NCBI GenBank assembly: GCA_051294375.1
Contig: CM119269.1
Location: 5,754,050-5,818,049 of the forward strand
DNA from: Paraspadella gotoi
Taxonomy: Eukaryota > Animalia > Chaetognatha
Direction: 5' to 3'
Length of the DNA stretch: 64,000 nt
Position 1 is the first letter of the stretch, and every line of letters starts with the position of its first letter. Under the pieces are notes generated by a model. The model was not told where the DNA came from and did no database searches. It saw only the letters and a program-made list of their open reading frames with translations. Positions 1 through 12,643 of the stretch are shown in pieces. The position numbers and the translations under genes are program-made.

Positions 1-18
1 GCCGCAAAATGAAGTCAG
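1..18 (-). CDS. GRIK: Probable start of kainate receptor coding exon 8, truncated by the window edge
   Basis: Long polypyrimidine tract ending ttttcaattcag|CTG at 19/18; phase 0 reads LTSFCG, compatible with the expected F-x-G-L-T-G motif. Only 6 codons are visible. Confidence 0.55.
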
Positions 19-149
19 CTGAATTGAAAAGAGAAAAAAGTAAAAAGTAAAAGAGGAAAAGTAAAAAGTAAAAGAGGAAAAAGTTACAGTGACAAAACCT
101 CGAGAAGGAAAAAAGGAGAGAGTTTTGAGTTAATCTTGAAGAGTCTCAT

Positions 150-194
<45 letters not shown>

Positions 195-195
195 G

Positions 196-231
<36 letters not shown>

Positions 232-306
232 GAGAAAAAATCTAGAGAAACTGTCAAAGATGTGCTTAAAACTCATGAGAGTATTTTTTTCTTAGAGAGA
301 CAAAGA

Positions 307-362
<56 letters not shown>

Positions 363-3300
363 TTCTGTCCGTCGCGGGAAAATAAGCAAAGCACAATTTA
401 CATTAGCGACTAGACTAGACTAGCGACTAATTCGAACTTCTGAGTCTGTATGTTCTTCTGTTCATTCCTTATAATACTTGATAATAATAAAAATATGTTT
501 AATTGCCATCTTGAAAGAAGACTGGAAAACAGAATCGTTTTTCCCTTCCTTTCCATTCGAGAGACGAGAAACTCAGTAATAAAAATATTTTCTAAGAAAT
601 CAACGACAAAAGAAAGAAAAAAAACAAGTCCGGGATGAACGACCGACCGGAAACGGACGTAAAAAGTACAATCAATATTTAAGTTATCCTTTCATTCAAC
701 AAATAAAATATCCTGCCGCTTCTCTTTTACTGTAACGAGGTTGTGGTGGGTTTAAGCCTTAATCACTCGTACTAAATAGCAACGTAAATAACGTAAATAA
801 CAACGTAAATAACAACGTAGACCCTGAAAGTTTTGAAAATTATTAACTTAGCTACTTCTCTAATTACTTCATATTGTATTTGTAATCGAGCTTTTTAATT
901 ACGTTATATAGAGCATTTACTCTTTTATTTGCAAAACAAGAAGGGAAATTCAAAAGCGTGTTGCACCGGAGTGACTTTCTTAACAAATGAGCAAATGACT
1001 ATAGGCAAATTATGAGCATTTTTAACGTAAGTTGGACAGACCGACCTACCGACCGACAGCCCGTCAGACGGACCGAAAAGTGTCTCATATAGTTTCTCCG
1101 CGAGTCCTCGCGGCGCAACTAAAAAATTATTTGACTTTCTCGACTGAACGGACATCCTTGTACTTACGTGTGACAAGTCTCTGAGCAAGAAGAGTCCATA
1201 ACCCCAAGCCTGTTCCTCTTCGCAAGAGAGGTTGACCGTCTTAAGATTGACTCCGGCATCCATCGCCTCTAATCCGTGAGCGAAAGCGAAGACGGCGTCG
1301 TACATCAGCGCCGTTTCGACCTGCGGCGGAGGAAAGCGGAATTACGATTAAATGAAAATTTGAAAAAAATTAAAAAAGAGAACATCGAGGGCAAAATAAA
1401 TTTTTCTATCTTCCTTTAAATTATTTTAATTTTAATTTATTTTATTTCTTATTTCGTTGCAGCGAGCAGATTATTATTACCTCGCAGGTCAACATTCAAT
1501 TTTAAAACAAAACGGTCGATTAAAGTTAAAATATATCTCCACGTCTATAAAAACGTATTAGAAAAAAAAAAGAACAGACGCTATATTGTTAATTCCGAGC
1601 AATTTCAAGAATGTGCCATCGAACGCAATAGGAAAAACCCATTGCGGGGAAATTGTCGCGACCATAAATTCGGTTACCGTCGCAGTTTTTTTCTTCTTTT
1701 TGTTTTCTTTTTTTTTTTCCCCTGTTTTCCCGACGAAACTGACACGTCCATATTTTTTATGACGTACCTTGTCACACTCCACTCCGCTATCGTCTTTTCT
1801 CATCTCCGCCCACGATTTCGTCCGCCCTCCACCAACTTCCCCACAAAAAGCCCCCCACAGCCCACGAAACCGCCTCCAGTACAGACCTTGATCACGTTGG
1901 TCTTGTTCAGCATAGAGCCTCCCGTCTTGGAGTATTTCTCCATCGCGTCCAGGATGTCCCTGACCGTCGCCGAGTCGGAATTAACCAGACGGAACGCGGT
2001 CACGTTGACGCGGTTGTACCGGAAGTCCTCCAGGTCCAGCGTCTCCAGATCCATCGACGTCACGATGTAGTGATAATCGGAGGTGATCATCCCCATTTGA
2101 AGGGCGATCTTGAGAAGGGTGTGGACGTGATCGTCGGAAAGATCTGGGGGGGGGGTGGTGGAGGAAGTTGCGATGGAGGAAATGAAAAGGAGCGAAAAGG
2201 ATCTTGCCCATGGAAAAAGGGGAAGAGTGACAAATTACGGAACTTCATCGACTGTGAAACCAAAGATGGTGACGGTAGGGGGAAATGGGTTGGACCGAAA
2301 TGGAAAAAAAAAAAAGCCCTGATGACCATCTGGAACACTGAAAAAGTTTTTTAAAGCAAAAGTCGAAATGAAAAAAAAAAGGCGGAAATAAGTAAAAAAA
2401 ATGGAAGAGGTACTAAAAATTATTTAAATGCCGTGAGGGAAAGCGACGCAATTAGGATGGGGTATAAAAGAAGAAGCTTGAAGAGCAAGGCGGGAAGTGA
2501 CAAATCAGCCTTCAACCGATGCGAGGTGCCGGCGGACTCCACAACATCTCTTGGAGGGAGGCGTGCTTTAACCGTGACAACTTTCGCCGAAGATAAACGG
2601 ACAAATTCGAAATCGGAAAAGACAACGAAAACAATTTGGGAGATAAACAAAACGCCGTGGAGGTGGGGCGGGGGAGGGGAAGTGAACAACAACAGTGGGT
2701 GTGAATACAAACTGGGTGACGATTATTTCGATCGAAGTTTTTTTTTTGTTTTTTTTTGCTGTAAAAATGTTCACAAAAAAATGTGAGTGGACGGAGGTTA
2801 GAGGAGAAAGGGTGAAAGGAAGAGTGAAAGGAGGGGCAGGGGGGCGAGGCCGCGGGGGGGGCTGTAGGACTGAATGATCTCAGAAACGAATGTAAAACCC
2901 AGGAGATTAAAAGAGGCCATCTGAGAGAAACCGCTCGGGGGAAATTTCGTCATTGTGTCTGCGGCAACTACATAAAACGGTCTCAGGGGAAAACGGATAA
3001 CAGTGAATGGCCGCGGAAAAGATCCTCGAAGAACTGTCGACGGTCTCCGTGCGGTACGAAAACAGTTCTCAGACAAAAATGGCAGAGTGGTCGCCTGCGT
3101 GGGGCCGGGAGAGCACCTTACGGGCATGGGGGCAGTGGTAACACCCCAAGGGCCCCAGACGTCAGAGAAGACGTGTGATAAATTGGTTTTCCGCATTTTT
3201 CGATATCCAATATTCAACGTGTTTCTTTCCGAGGGAAAATGACGAGAAGGGCGACGAGCGGGGAAAAAAAAAGAGCCAGTGGCTGAGGGTCGGTTTGTCG

Positions 3301-6300
3301 ACCCTATTTACTTGCTCTTTTTTTATAGTTTATTACTTTTTAGTTGTATTTAATTGGGATTTTTTAATTAATGATATTCTATCGCTTTCGTCAGGAAAGT
3401 AGTAAATATATACGTAAAGTAAATTAAAAAAATATAATTTGATTATAAAAAAAAACTTTTTTTACATAGTTAGGCTTCATTTCACGAACGAAAGTGTAAA
3501 TATTGATTTTTTTTCCACGTTTTACGTTGATTTACTTGGCGTCGTTGTGAATTATATTCGGTAACAAATTTTATAAAAATTATATTTTGTCTACGTCAAC
3601 GTTTTCGCGCGCTCGACTATTGGAGGTTGTAACCTCGCTTTTTAAAAATTTATTAACCCGGTATTTGCGTATCGTACTATGTTTTCCTAGATTTCATGCT
3701 TTTAAGCACCAGGCGTGTTTAATTCCTCTTCTCAGTTCTCTTTCCTCACTTCCAAAGTCTTTAAGACTGACTTACTTGAACTTACTCTCAGTTGAATTCT
3801 CTTCAAGCACTCACCTAGTATGAGATTGTGTACTTTGTTCTTCCTGGCTTCGCGCATGATTTCGCGAAAATTCCCCTCGTGCCCCTGTCTGATGATTATG
3901 TCAAGATCATTCTCTAACGGCGATTTAATAACGTCCTGTAGCATAATCAGACCTGAGAAGGTAGAAGCGAGGGGCAGGGCGATGGATGAGGGAGGAAGAG
4001 GGGGAAGATAGAGGAAGAGTGGGAGGTAGGGCGAGAAAAAGGGATACAGGTAGAGACGGACCGACAGAGGGAGGAAGGGCGGAGGGGCAAATAAGAGAGG
4101 AAGTGAGGGACGGGGAAAGAAGGGGAAAAGATAGGTAATGAAGGAAAAAAAAGGGGTAAGTAAACTTTTACTCATCTTTCTACCCATTTTCATTCTCTTT
4201 TTTTCTTTCACGTTTGTCGGTCTTTCGGTCGCCGCGTTGTCGGTTTTGATCGTAAATCCGTTAGCTTCGTCGGTTTTCTTTTCGTCGGCTATTCCCCCCC
4301 CCCGTGATGTTTTCGTCGTTGCCATGGTAACCTTCGTCGTCGTCGTCGATTTTTTTTCTTAATCCGGTCTCTTTTGTCGTTTTCCATTCTCCTTTGTCCT
4401 CGCCCTTTTTTTTTATATCGTTTCCTATTTCATGCTTTATATCACAGTTTTTTTTTTATTTTACGTCTTCCCTTTATTTGAGTTTTCATCGTCGTCCTTT
4501 TTATCGTCGTCGTCTTCGTCGTCGTTTTCGTCTTCGTCCTCAACGTTTTTTTTTCCCTCCTCCTTTTCGTCCTTATTTTGACGTAAACGCGACGTCGTCA
4601 TAGCAACGAGGAACGAAAATTTCCTGCGGCGAAAGAAAAAATGGAGAGGCGAGGAGACTGAAAAAAAGAAAACAGGTGAGGAAACTTGGCTGCGGGATGA
4701 AATTATGATGCGAGATGGAGTGGGGGGGGGTAAGTTGCTTAGCGGGTAAGGAAGTCAACCGGTGAGACGGTAAGGTAACGTTTTTTCGTTTGGTAGGTAA
4801 TTCGAGAAAAGGTAATGAGACTCGAGAATCCTAATTCTAACGATATCGTTGATAACATTTGCGCTAAACTTATATGAATATTCTTCAGTTAAAATTTTTC
4901 AGGTGAAAATTTAATATTATTTGATAGTAAACTTACATGAATATCTTCTAGTTAAAATTTTCAGAGCAAGAGGGAGTATCCAAGCCGACTTATTATCGTT
5001 CATTATCGTTCATTCGGGAAATTGCGGGTTTAACAAGGTTAACCGGATTCTGGATTCAGTTTAGAGAGAAAATTTCCCGGTTTTTCCGAGTGAAAAAACT
5101 CGTTTAAGTAAACTGAGGTTGAAATGAGGAAACATTTTCGAGACAAAAGGACCAGACGCGAAAACGAGGCGCAGCGGTAGAGGTTAAATACCGGGGGTGG
5201 TGGTCGGAGGTTGTGGTCCGCTCGTGGTGGATTTTGACGGGCGTGGAGGCGAGGTGGGTTTTTGCGGCGGTTGTGAGGTGGGGCTTTTAGCATTGGGCAT
5301 TGGGCAATGGACAATGGTTTACTTAAACGAGTTTTTTCACTCGGAAAAACCGGGAAATTTTCTCTCTAAACTGTTTTATACAAATTGTGTCCCTATACTA
5401 CTATATGGCTGTGAGGTAAAAACTTTTTTGGCTAGAGACATGAACAGAATTAATGTTGCTATTAATGATGGTATCAGAAAAATATTCGGATTCAACCGAT
5501 GGGAAAGCATTAGAGAGCTTCGGACTTTATTTGGTTACTGTGATATTATTACCATGTTTAACCAGCGTAAAAAGAACTTTATTTCCAAGATCTATAGTTC
5601 GAAAAATTTAGTTCTCAAAAAAATAATCGCATTCTTTAATGATTGAAATATATTAATTGATAATTTGGACCTTTGTTGTCTGTGGTGGTGGTTTTCACGC
5701 AATCTTTAACTTTGTTTTGTTTTTAGACTTAGCTTTTTTGATGCTCCTGTATGTACTGAATCAACCTTGTTGAATTCGAAATAAAACGCATAATAATGGA
5801 CATTGAGCATTGAAAGTCGGTCATTGGGCAATGCAATGGGCATGGGCAATGGGCATGGCATATTCTAATTGAGGTTTCTTGTACAATTTTAAGTTTTTAA
5901 GTTTTCTTTGTTGTTTTATTTTTTGTTATTGTTGTTGTTGTTGATGTAGTCGTTTTTGATGTTATCATCGTCGTAGCTATTGTTGATTTTGTCGTCGTTG
6001 TCGTTGTAGTTGTCGTTGTTATTTTTTTTGTTGTTGTCAAGAGTCGCTAGAGCTGAGTACGTTGAAAGGCTCCGTCCTTCATCGCTCCCATTTAATCGCG
6101 ACGTCCTAATGATTAAGTCCTCAGCAGCGGCGGGCAAATGGGTTGGCGGGCTAAAGGGGGTTGGCGTGGCTAAAGGGGTTGGCGGGCTAAATGGGGTTCG
6201 GCTAAAGGTTGGCGGGCTAAAGGGTTGGCGGGCTAAAGGGGTTGGCGGCTAAAGGGGTGGCGGGCTAAAGGGGTTGGCGGGCTGAAAGGGGTTGGCGGGC

Positions 6301-9300
6301 TAAAGGTTGGCCGGGCGGGCTAAAGGGGTCGGCGTGGTAAGGGAGGAAAGGGACGATTGAGAGTCCGTTGCCTGGCGACGGCGAGAAGGGCAACGACCTG
6401 GGCGTGTCTGGGCTTTCATGGTCAACGCGTCTCGTCTGGCGGAGACGACGACGACGATGACGTTGGGCGGGTGGGTCCCCCTTTCGGTGAAAAACGTAAA
6501 TTGGTGATGAAGGGGAGGAGGAGGAGGAGGAAGAGGAGGAGAGGAGGAAAAAGAAGAAGATAAAGGATAGAAGAGAAAGTGGAGGAAAAATAGGAAAAAA
6601 AAATATGGAAAATTGGCGGCGATCAACGGGAGGAGGAAAACTTAGCGCGACCTTAAAAATGGAGATTTTGAAAAAGGAAAAGAAGTTTGTACCTCGTTGG
6701 TTCTTAATGAACCTTGTCTTCAGAATTTTCCTAAAATATACTGTCGACTGAAAAGACGTTAACGTTAACGTAAGCGACTCTTGGCTTCTGATGCCGCTGA
6801 ACTTGAAAAGATGAAAATGTATTTTTTTTTAATTTTCGTATCTCTCTTATGTCAAATTATTTTTGTTTGCCACCGAACTTGCACAAACTGAAGCGATGAT
6901 CTATTAAATTAAAAGACAAAGGAAATGTCCAATATCAAAGCTTGAGTTTAGATGCTGCAACACATTTTCGAAAAAACTCAGTGTAGCTTTTCTCAATCTT
7001 AGAGTGGAATAGCGATCTACTAAGCGGATTCAGTCGGCGTTAGATTTGTTAACAATACATTTATTAATTGGCGCGAAAACCTAATGAAAATCCGGATGTG
7101 AACATGAGAAATTGTGAAAAATTTTCAAAAAAAAAAAGAATCGTTGGGAAAGAAAAGAGAATCGAAAGCATCGAGGATGGAATTCGCCTCAAAGACGAAT
7201 GGTCTCTCTCTCTCNNNNNNNNNNNNNNNNNNNNNNNNNCGTCGTCGATTTTTTCTTAATCCTGGGTCTCTTTTGTCGTTTTCATTCTCCTTTGGTCCGT
7301 TCGCCCTTTTTTTTTATATCGTTCTGCCTATTTCATGCTTTATATCCACAGGTTTTTTTTTTATTTTACGGTCTTCCCTTTATTTGGAGTTTTCATCGTC
7401 GTCCGCCTTTTTATCGTCGTTGTCTTCGTCGTCGGTTTTCGTCTTCGTCCTCAACGTTTTTTCCCTCCTCCTTTTCGTCCTTATTGGGACGTAAACGCGA
7501 CGTCGTCATAGCAACTGAGGGAAAAAAACGGGAAATTTTTTCCCTGCGTGCGAAAAGAAAAAAATGGAGAGGCGGAGGAGACGAAAAAAAAAAACAGGCT
7601 GAGGAAAACTTGGCTGCGGATTGAAATATTGATGCGAGATGGAGTGGGGGGGGGGTAAGTTGCTTCAGCGGGGTTAAGGAAGTCAACGGTTGCTGAGACG
7701 GTAAGGTAACGTTTTTCGTTTGGTAGGTAATTCGAGAAAAGGTAAATGAGATCGAGAATCCTAATTCTAACGATTATCGTTGGATTAACATTTGGCGCCT
7801 AAACTTATATGAATATTTCTTCAGTGTAAAAGTTTTTCAGGTGAAAATTTAAATTATTTGACTAGTAAAGCTTACATTGCAAATATCTTCTAGTTTAAAT
7901 TTTCAGAGCAAGAGGAGTATCCAAGCCTGACTTATTATCGTTTCCATCTATCGTCATACGGGAAATTGCGGTTTAACAAGTTAAACCGGATTCTGGAATT
8001 CAGTTTAGAGAGAAAATTTACCCAGGTTTTTCCGAGTGGAAAAAACTCGTTTAAGTAAACTGAGGTTGAAATGAGGGAAACATTTCCGAGACAATAGGAC
8101 CAGACGCGAGGAAAACGAGGCGCTAGCCGGTATGAGGGTTTTCTAAAACATACTCTTGCGGGGGGTGGGGTCGAGGTTGTGGTCCGCCTCGTGGTGGATT
8201 TTGAACGGGCCGTGGAGGCGAGGTGGGTTTTTGCGGCGGTTGTGGCGTGGGGCTTTTAGCATGTGGGTATTGGGCAATAGACAATGCGTTTACTAAACGA
8301 GTTTTTTCACTCGGAAAAACCGCGGAAATTATTCTCTCTAAACTGTTTTATACAAATTTGTCCCATATACTACTATACTGGCTGTCGAGGTAAAACTTTT
8401 TGGCCTAGAGACAATGAACAGAATTATGTTGCTATTAATATGGTATGTATCAGAAAAATATTCGGATTCAACCGTATGGCGAAACGCATTAGAGAGCCTT
8501 CGGACTTTATTTTGGTTACTGCTGAATATTATTACCATGTTTAACCAGCGTAAAAAGAACTTTAAATTTCCAATGATCCTATAGTTTCGAAAAATTTGTT
8601 CTCAAAAAAATAATCGCATTCTTTAAATGATTGAAATATATAATTGATAATTTGGACCTTGTGTTGTCTGTCGGTGGTGGTTTATCACGCAATCCTTTTA
8701 CATTTGTTTGTTTTTAGACTTTAGATTTTTTGATGCTCCTGTTATGTACTGAATCATACCTGTTGATTCGAAATAAAACGCATAATAAGGACATTGAGCA
8801 TTGAAAGTCGGTGCATTGGGCAATTGGCAATGGGACATGGGCAATGGCATGGCATATTCTATTGAGGTTTCTTGTACAATTTTAAGTTTTGTTTTTTGTT
8901 GTTTTATTTTTTGTTATTAGTTTGTTGTTGTTGATGTAGTCGTTTTTGTTGTTATCATTCGTCGTAGCTATTTTTGATTTTGTCGTCGTTGTCGTTGTAG
9001 TGTCGTTGTTAATTTTTTTTTTGTTGTCAAGAGTCAGCTAGAGCTGAGTAGCGATTGAAAAAAAGGGGGGGCCTTTTTTACCGTTTCCCTTCATCGCCTC
9101 CATTTTAATCGCGACGTCCTAATGATGTTAAGTCGCTCAGCAGCGGCGGGCAATGGAGTATGAGCGGGCTTAAAGGTGCGTTGGCGGGCCCAAATAGGGG
9201 CTTAGGGCTTGGCGGGCTAAAGGGGGTTGGCGGGCTAAAGGGGGTTGGCGGGCTTAAAGGGCGTTGGCGGGCTAAAGGGTTGCGGGCTAAAGTGTGTATG

Positions 9301-11427
9301 GCGGGCTAAAGGGGTTTGGCGGCTAAAGGGGTGGACGGGCTAAAGGGGTTGGCGGGCTGAAAGAGGGTCGGCTAAGGTGCGGGCTAAAGGGGCTGCGGCG
9401 AGGTGCGGCTACGGTGGGTGGTAAGGAGGAAAGGGACGATTGAGAGTTCCGTTGCCTGCGACGGCGAAGGAAGGGCAACGATCCTGGGCGTGGTGCTGGC
9501 TTTCATGGTTCAACGCGTCTCGTCTGGCGGAGACGACGACGGACGAATGACGTTGGGGGGGGTCCCCTTATCGGTGAAAAACGTAAATTGGTGATGAAAG
9601 GAGGAGAGGAGGAGGCAGGAGGCACTTTATAGTGAAGCGCTGTTTGTCGACTATGATTCCGACTACCACGAACACCTACCAATGAATCATTGATTCATGA
9701 TTAGTGGAATTCATGCTCCTTCATTTTACTTGTAATACACTCCTGTTTTTCAGAGAGACACCCTGTTCCTTCTTCTCTTACTCCTTCCTCTTACTCCTCT
9801 CTTACTCCTCCCACCTGCGTTGTGTATCAAATTTATTTAATATTTACTTTTTCAGGATATGGCTGCGAATTGGGGAATTCGTCAAATTTTGTTCAACATC
9901 CTATTTGATTGTTCTATTTTCACATGTATTTTTATTCTGATGTTTAACTTTACATTTGAAATTGTGTTCTATTTTCTATTTCTCAAAATAAATTGTTCTT
10001 TGCCACTTTTACGATTACGTAATGAATCAATTAAGAAATTAAGAGAGTTAGCGTCATATGAATTACAAATGTGAATGTTCATCAGTAGAGCAAACATTCA
10101 CTTGTCAATCATTTGAGTGTTAACGTCACATCAGAGAGAGAGGAAAGAGAGAGATTAGATTTGTATTAATACGTTATGATTCACTCTTCATATTTTACTT
10201 GTCAAATCAGGAGACGAGGAAAGAGTTTTATTAACCTGGAATGTGTTTCTTCGATTACTGCATTAATACGAATTCATCTATATGAATCAAAAGAGAGAAA
10301 GAGAAAAAGAGAGAGCCATATCATATTTCTTGGTCGGATTCGACTGTTATGAGTTCTTCAATGAATTCACGCTCCTGCCGTTAATTCGACTGATTATTAG
10401 TTCGAATTTCGGACTTTTCGACCAGTAAAATCAGTCGCAAGCAGCGACTTTTCGGACCGTTTGCGAAGTTCGAAAAGTGGTCGAAAAAAGGCGCTTCACT
10501 AACCTCGAGGAAGGAGGAGGAGGAGGAGGAGGAAAAAGAAGAAAGATAAAGGATAAGAAGAGAAAGTGGAGAAAAAAAATAGGAAAAAAAAAATATGGAA
10601 AATTGGCGCGATCACGGGAGGAGGAAAACTTAGCGCGACCTTAAAAATGGAGGATTTTGAAAAAAGGAAAGAAGTTGTACCTCGTTGGTTCTTAATGAAC
10701 CTTGTCTTTTCAAAATTTTCTAATTTACTGTCGACTGAAAAGACGTTAACGTTAAACGTAAGTGACTCTTTGGCTTCTTGATGCGCTGACTTTGAAAAGA
10801 TGAAATTGTATTTTTTTTTAATTTTCGTATCTTCTTTAGTGTCAAATTATTTTGTTTTGCCACCGAACTTGCACAAACTGAAGCGATTGATCTATTAAAT
10901 CTAAAGACAAAGGAATGGTCCAATATCAAAGCTTGAGTTTAGATGCTGCAACACATTTCGAAAAAAACTCAGTTTAGCTTTTCTCAAATCTTAGAGTGGA
11001 ATAGCGATCTACTAAGCGGATTCAGTCGGCGTTAGATTTCGTTAACAATACACTTTATTAATTGGGCGCGAAAACCTAATGAAAATCCGGATGTGAAACA
11101 TGAGAATTGGAAAAAAAATTTTCAAAAAAAAAAAAGAATCGTTCGGGAAGAAAGGAATCGAAAGCATCGAGGTGGAATTCGCCTCAAAGACGATATGGTC
11201 TCTCTCTCTCTCTCTCTCTCTCTCCTCTCTCCTCTCTCTCTTTCTCTCCTCTCTCTCTCCTCTCTCTCTCTCTCTCTCGATTTCTTTTCCTTATCTCGTC
11301 TCTCGAATCCGCCAATTTCGAGAGGGAGGGGAGAGAGAGAGAGAGAAAGCCGAGAGGAATTGAGAGAGAATAGAAAACAAATAAGAGAGAAGAGAGAGAG
11401 AGAGGAGACGAGAGGACGAGAGATCGA

Positions 11428-11470
<43 letters not shown>

Positions 11471-12608
11471 GAGACAGAGATTGAGAGAGAGAGAGAGCCG
11501 CTGATTTTCTTTCTTTCCCCTCAGCTTCGTTAATTAGCGCGGCTCACGGACGCACGGGCGCCCGATTCTTCATCCACGCGGCATTTTCGAGTCTGTGCAT
11601 CGGCGTTGACGCGGCATCGGCGCAGTATTCCCGCTGTATTGGTAGAACTGGCGCAAAGATATTCCAGCAGTGTTTTGGCTTGTCTTCTCTCGCAACACAT
11701 AGATAAAGCATTTGGCATCGAAAAATCTCTTGTTTATCCCAACGAGGAATTTTCATTCGTCGCGTCGATTCGCTTCATCGTCGAATCAACAGACATCGAT
11801 GCATAAATAATTCCAGCTGACTTAGCCTCACACTGCGACTTAGCCATCGTCGCGCGAGAGGTCTCGCGTTCGATTCTCTTAAAGGCCGTCGGGGAGATCG
11901 AGGTCATAACTGGAACTGGAAAAGGAAAAAGAGGGTAAATGACCCCTGAAAGGCCGAATAGAATCTCGTTTGCAAAAGAAAAAAATAAATTCCTCTCGAT
12001 GATTTCTAGAGAGAACTTGAGCCGCAATCAGCGACGACGACGACGACGAATGAAAACGAAATCAGGACGAAAGCGCCGATGGCAAAATGGCATGATGGCA
12101 TCGTTAATGTGGGTCATCACAATTTCTTTTTTAGCATTGGTCAACGTCGCCATCATCATCGTCATTATTGTCGTCATCAGAATTGCGTTGTCATTTTCAT
12201 CTTAGGTATAATCACTAATCACTAATCAGTACTATCATTAACTTTATCATCATCTTCTTCATCATCATCATGAGCCCCATTCCCATCAGGGTCTCACCAT
12301 CATCGTCCTCGTAGACGATGAGCAGCCTCTTCCATTGAAAGAAGTGAACCAGGTTGAGATAAGCTCGACTCAACAAGTTCGTCGGCGGGAAAAAAGGTTG
12401 GATGCTGGAGTAGGCGCCCGCCCCGTTCCCCGCGTAGACGCGTATCTGGGGGTGAGTTGAGGCGGGGGGTGGGTGGGGGGAATATAAGGGGGATTGGGAG
12501 AGGGGTGGTGGCGAGAATGGAGGAGGTGGTAGTTTTGATTCCCCCCCATTTTTTTTTTTTGCAATGTTGAAAGAATGAAAGAGAGAGAGAGAGAGAGAGA
12601 GAGACGAG

Positions 12609-12643
<35 letters not shown>

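Larger units (their letters stand above)
4341..11230 (+). repeat. Tandem duplication of ~2.9 kb (4341-7214 vs 7240-~11230) across a 25-N gap
   Basis: Collinear sequence on both sides of the gap; the second copy is indel-noisy and carries an extra ~870-bp insert. Confidence 0.9.

Noticed and set aside
136-423. RE/ER-rich or SL-rich ORFs here and throughout (e.g. 11093, 21260, 50308, 55592, 57562, 60175)
   Set aside because: They are translations of (AG)n/(CT)n microsatellites, with no domain content or splice support.
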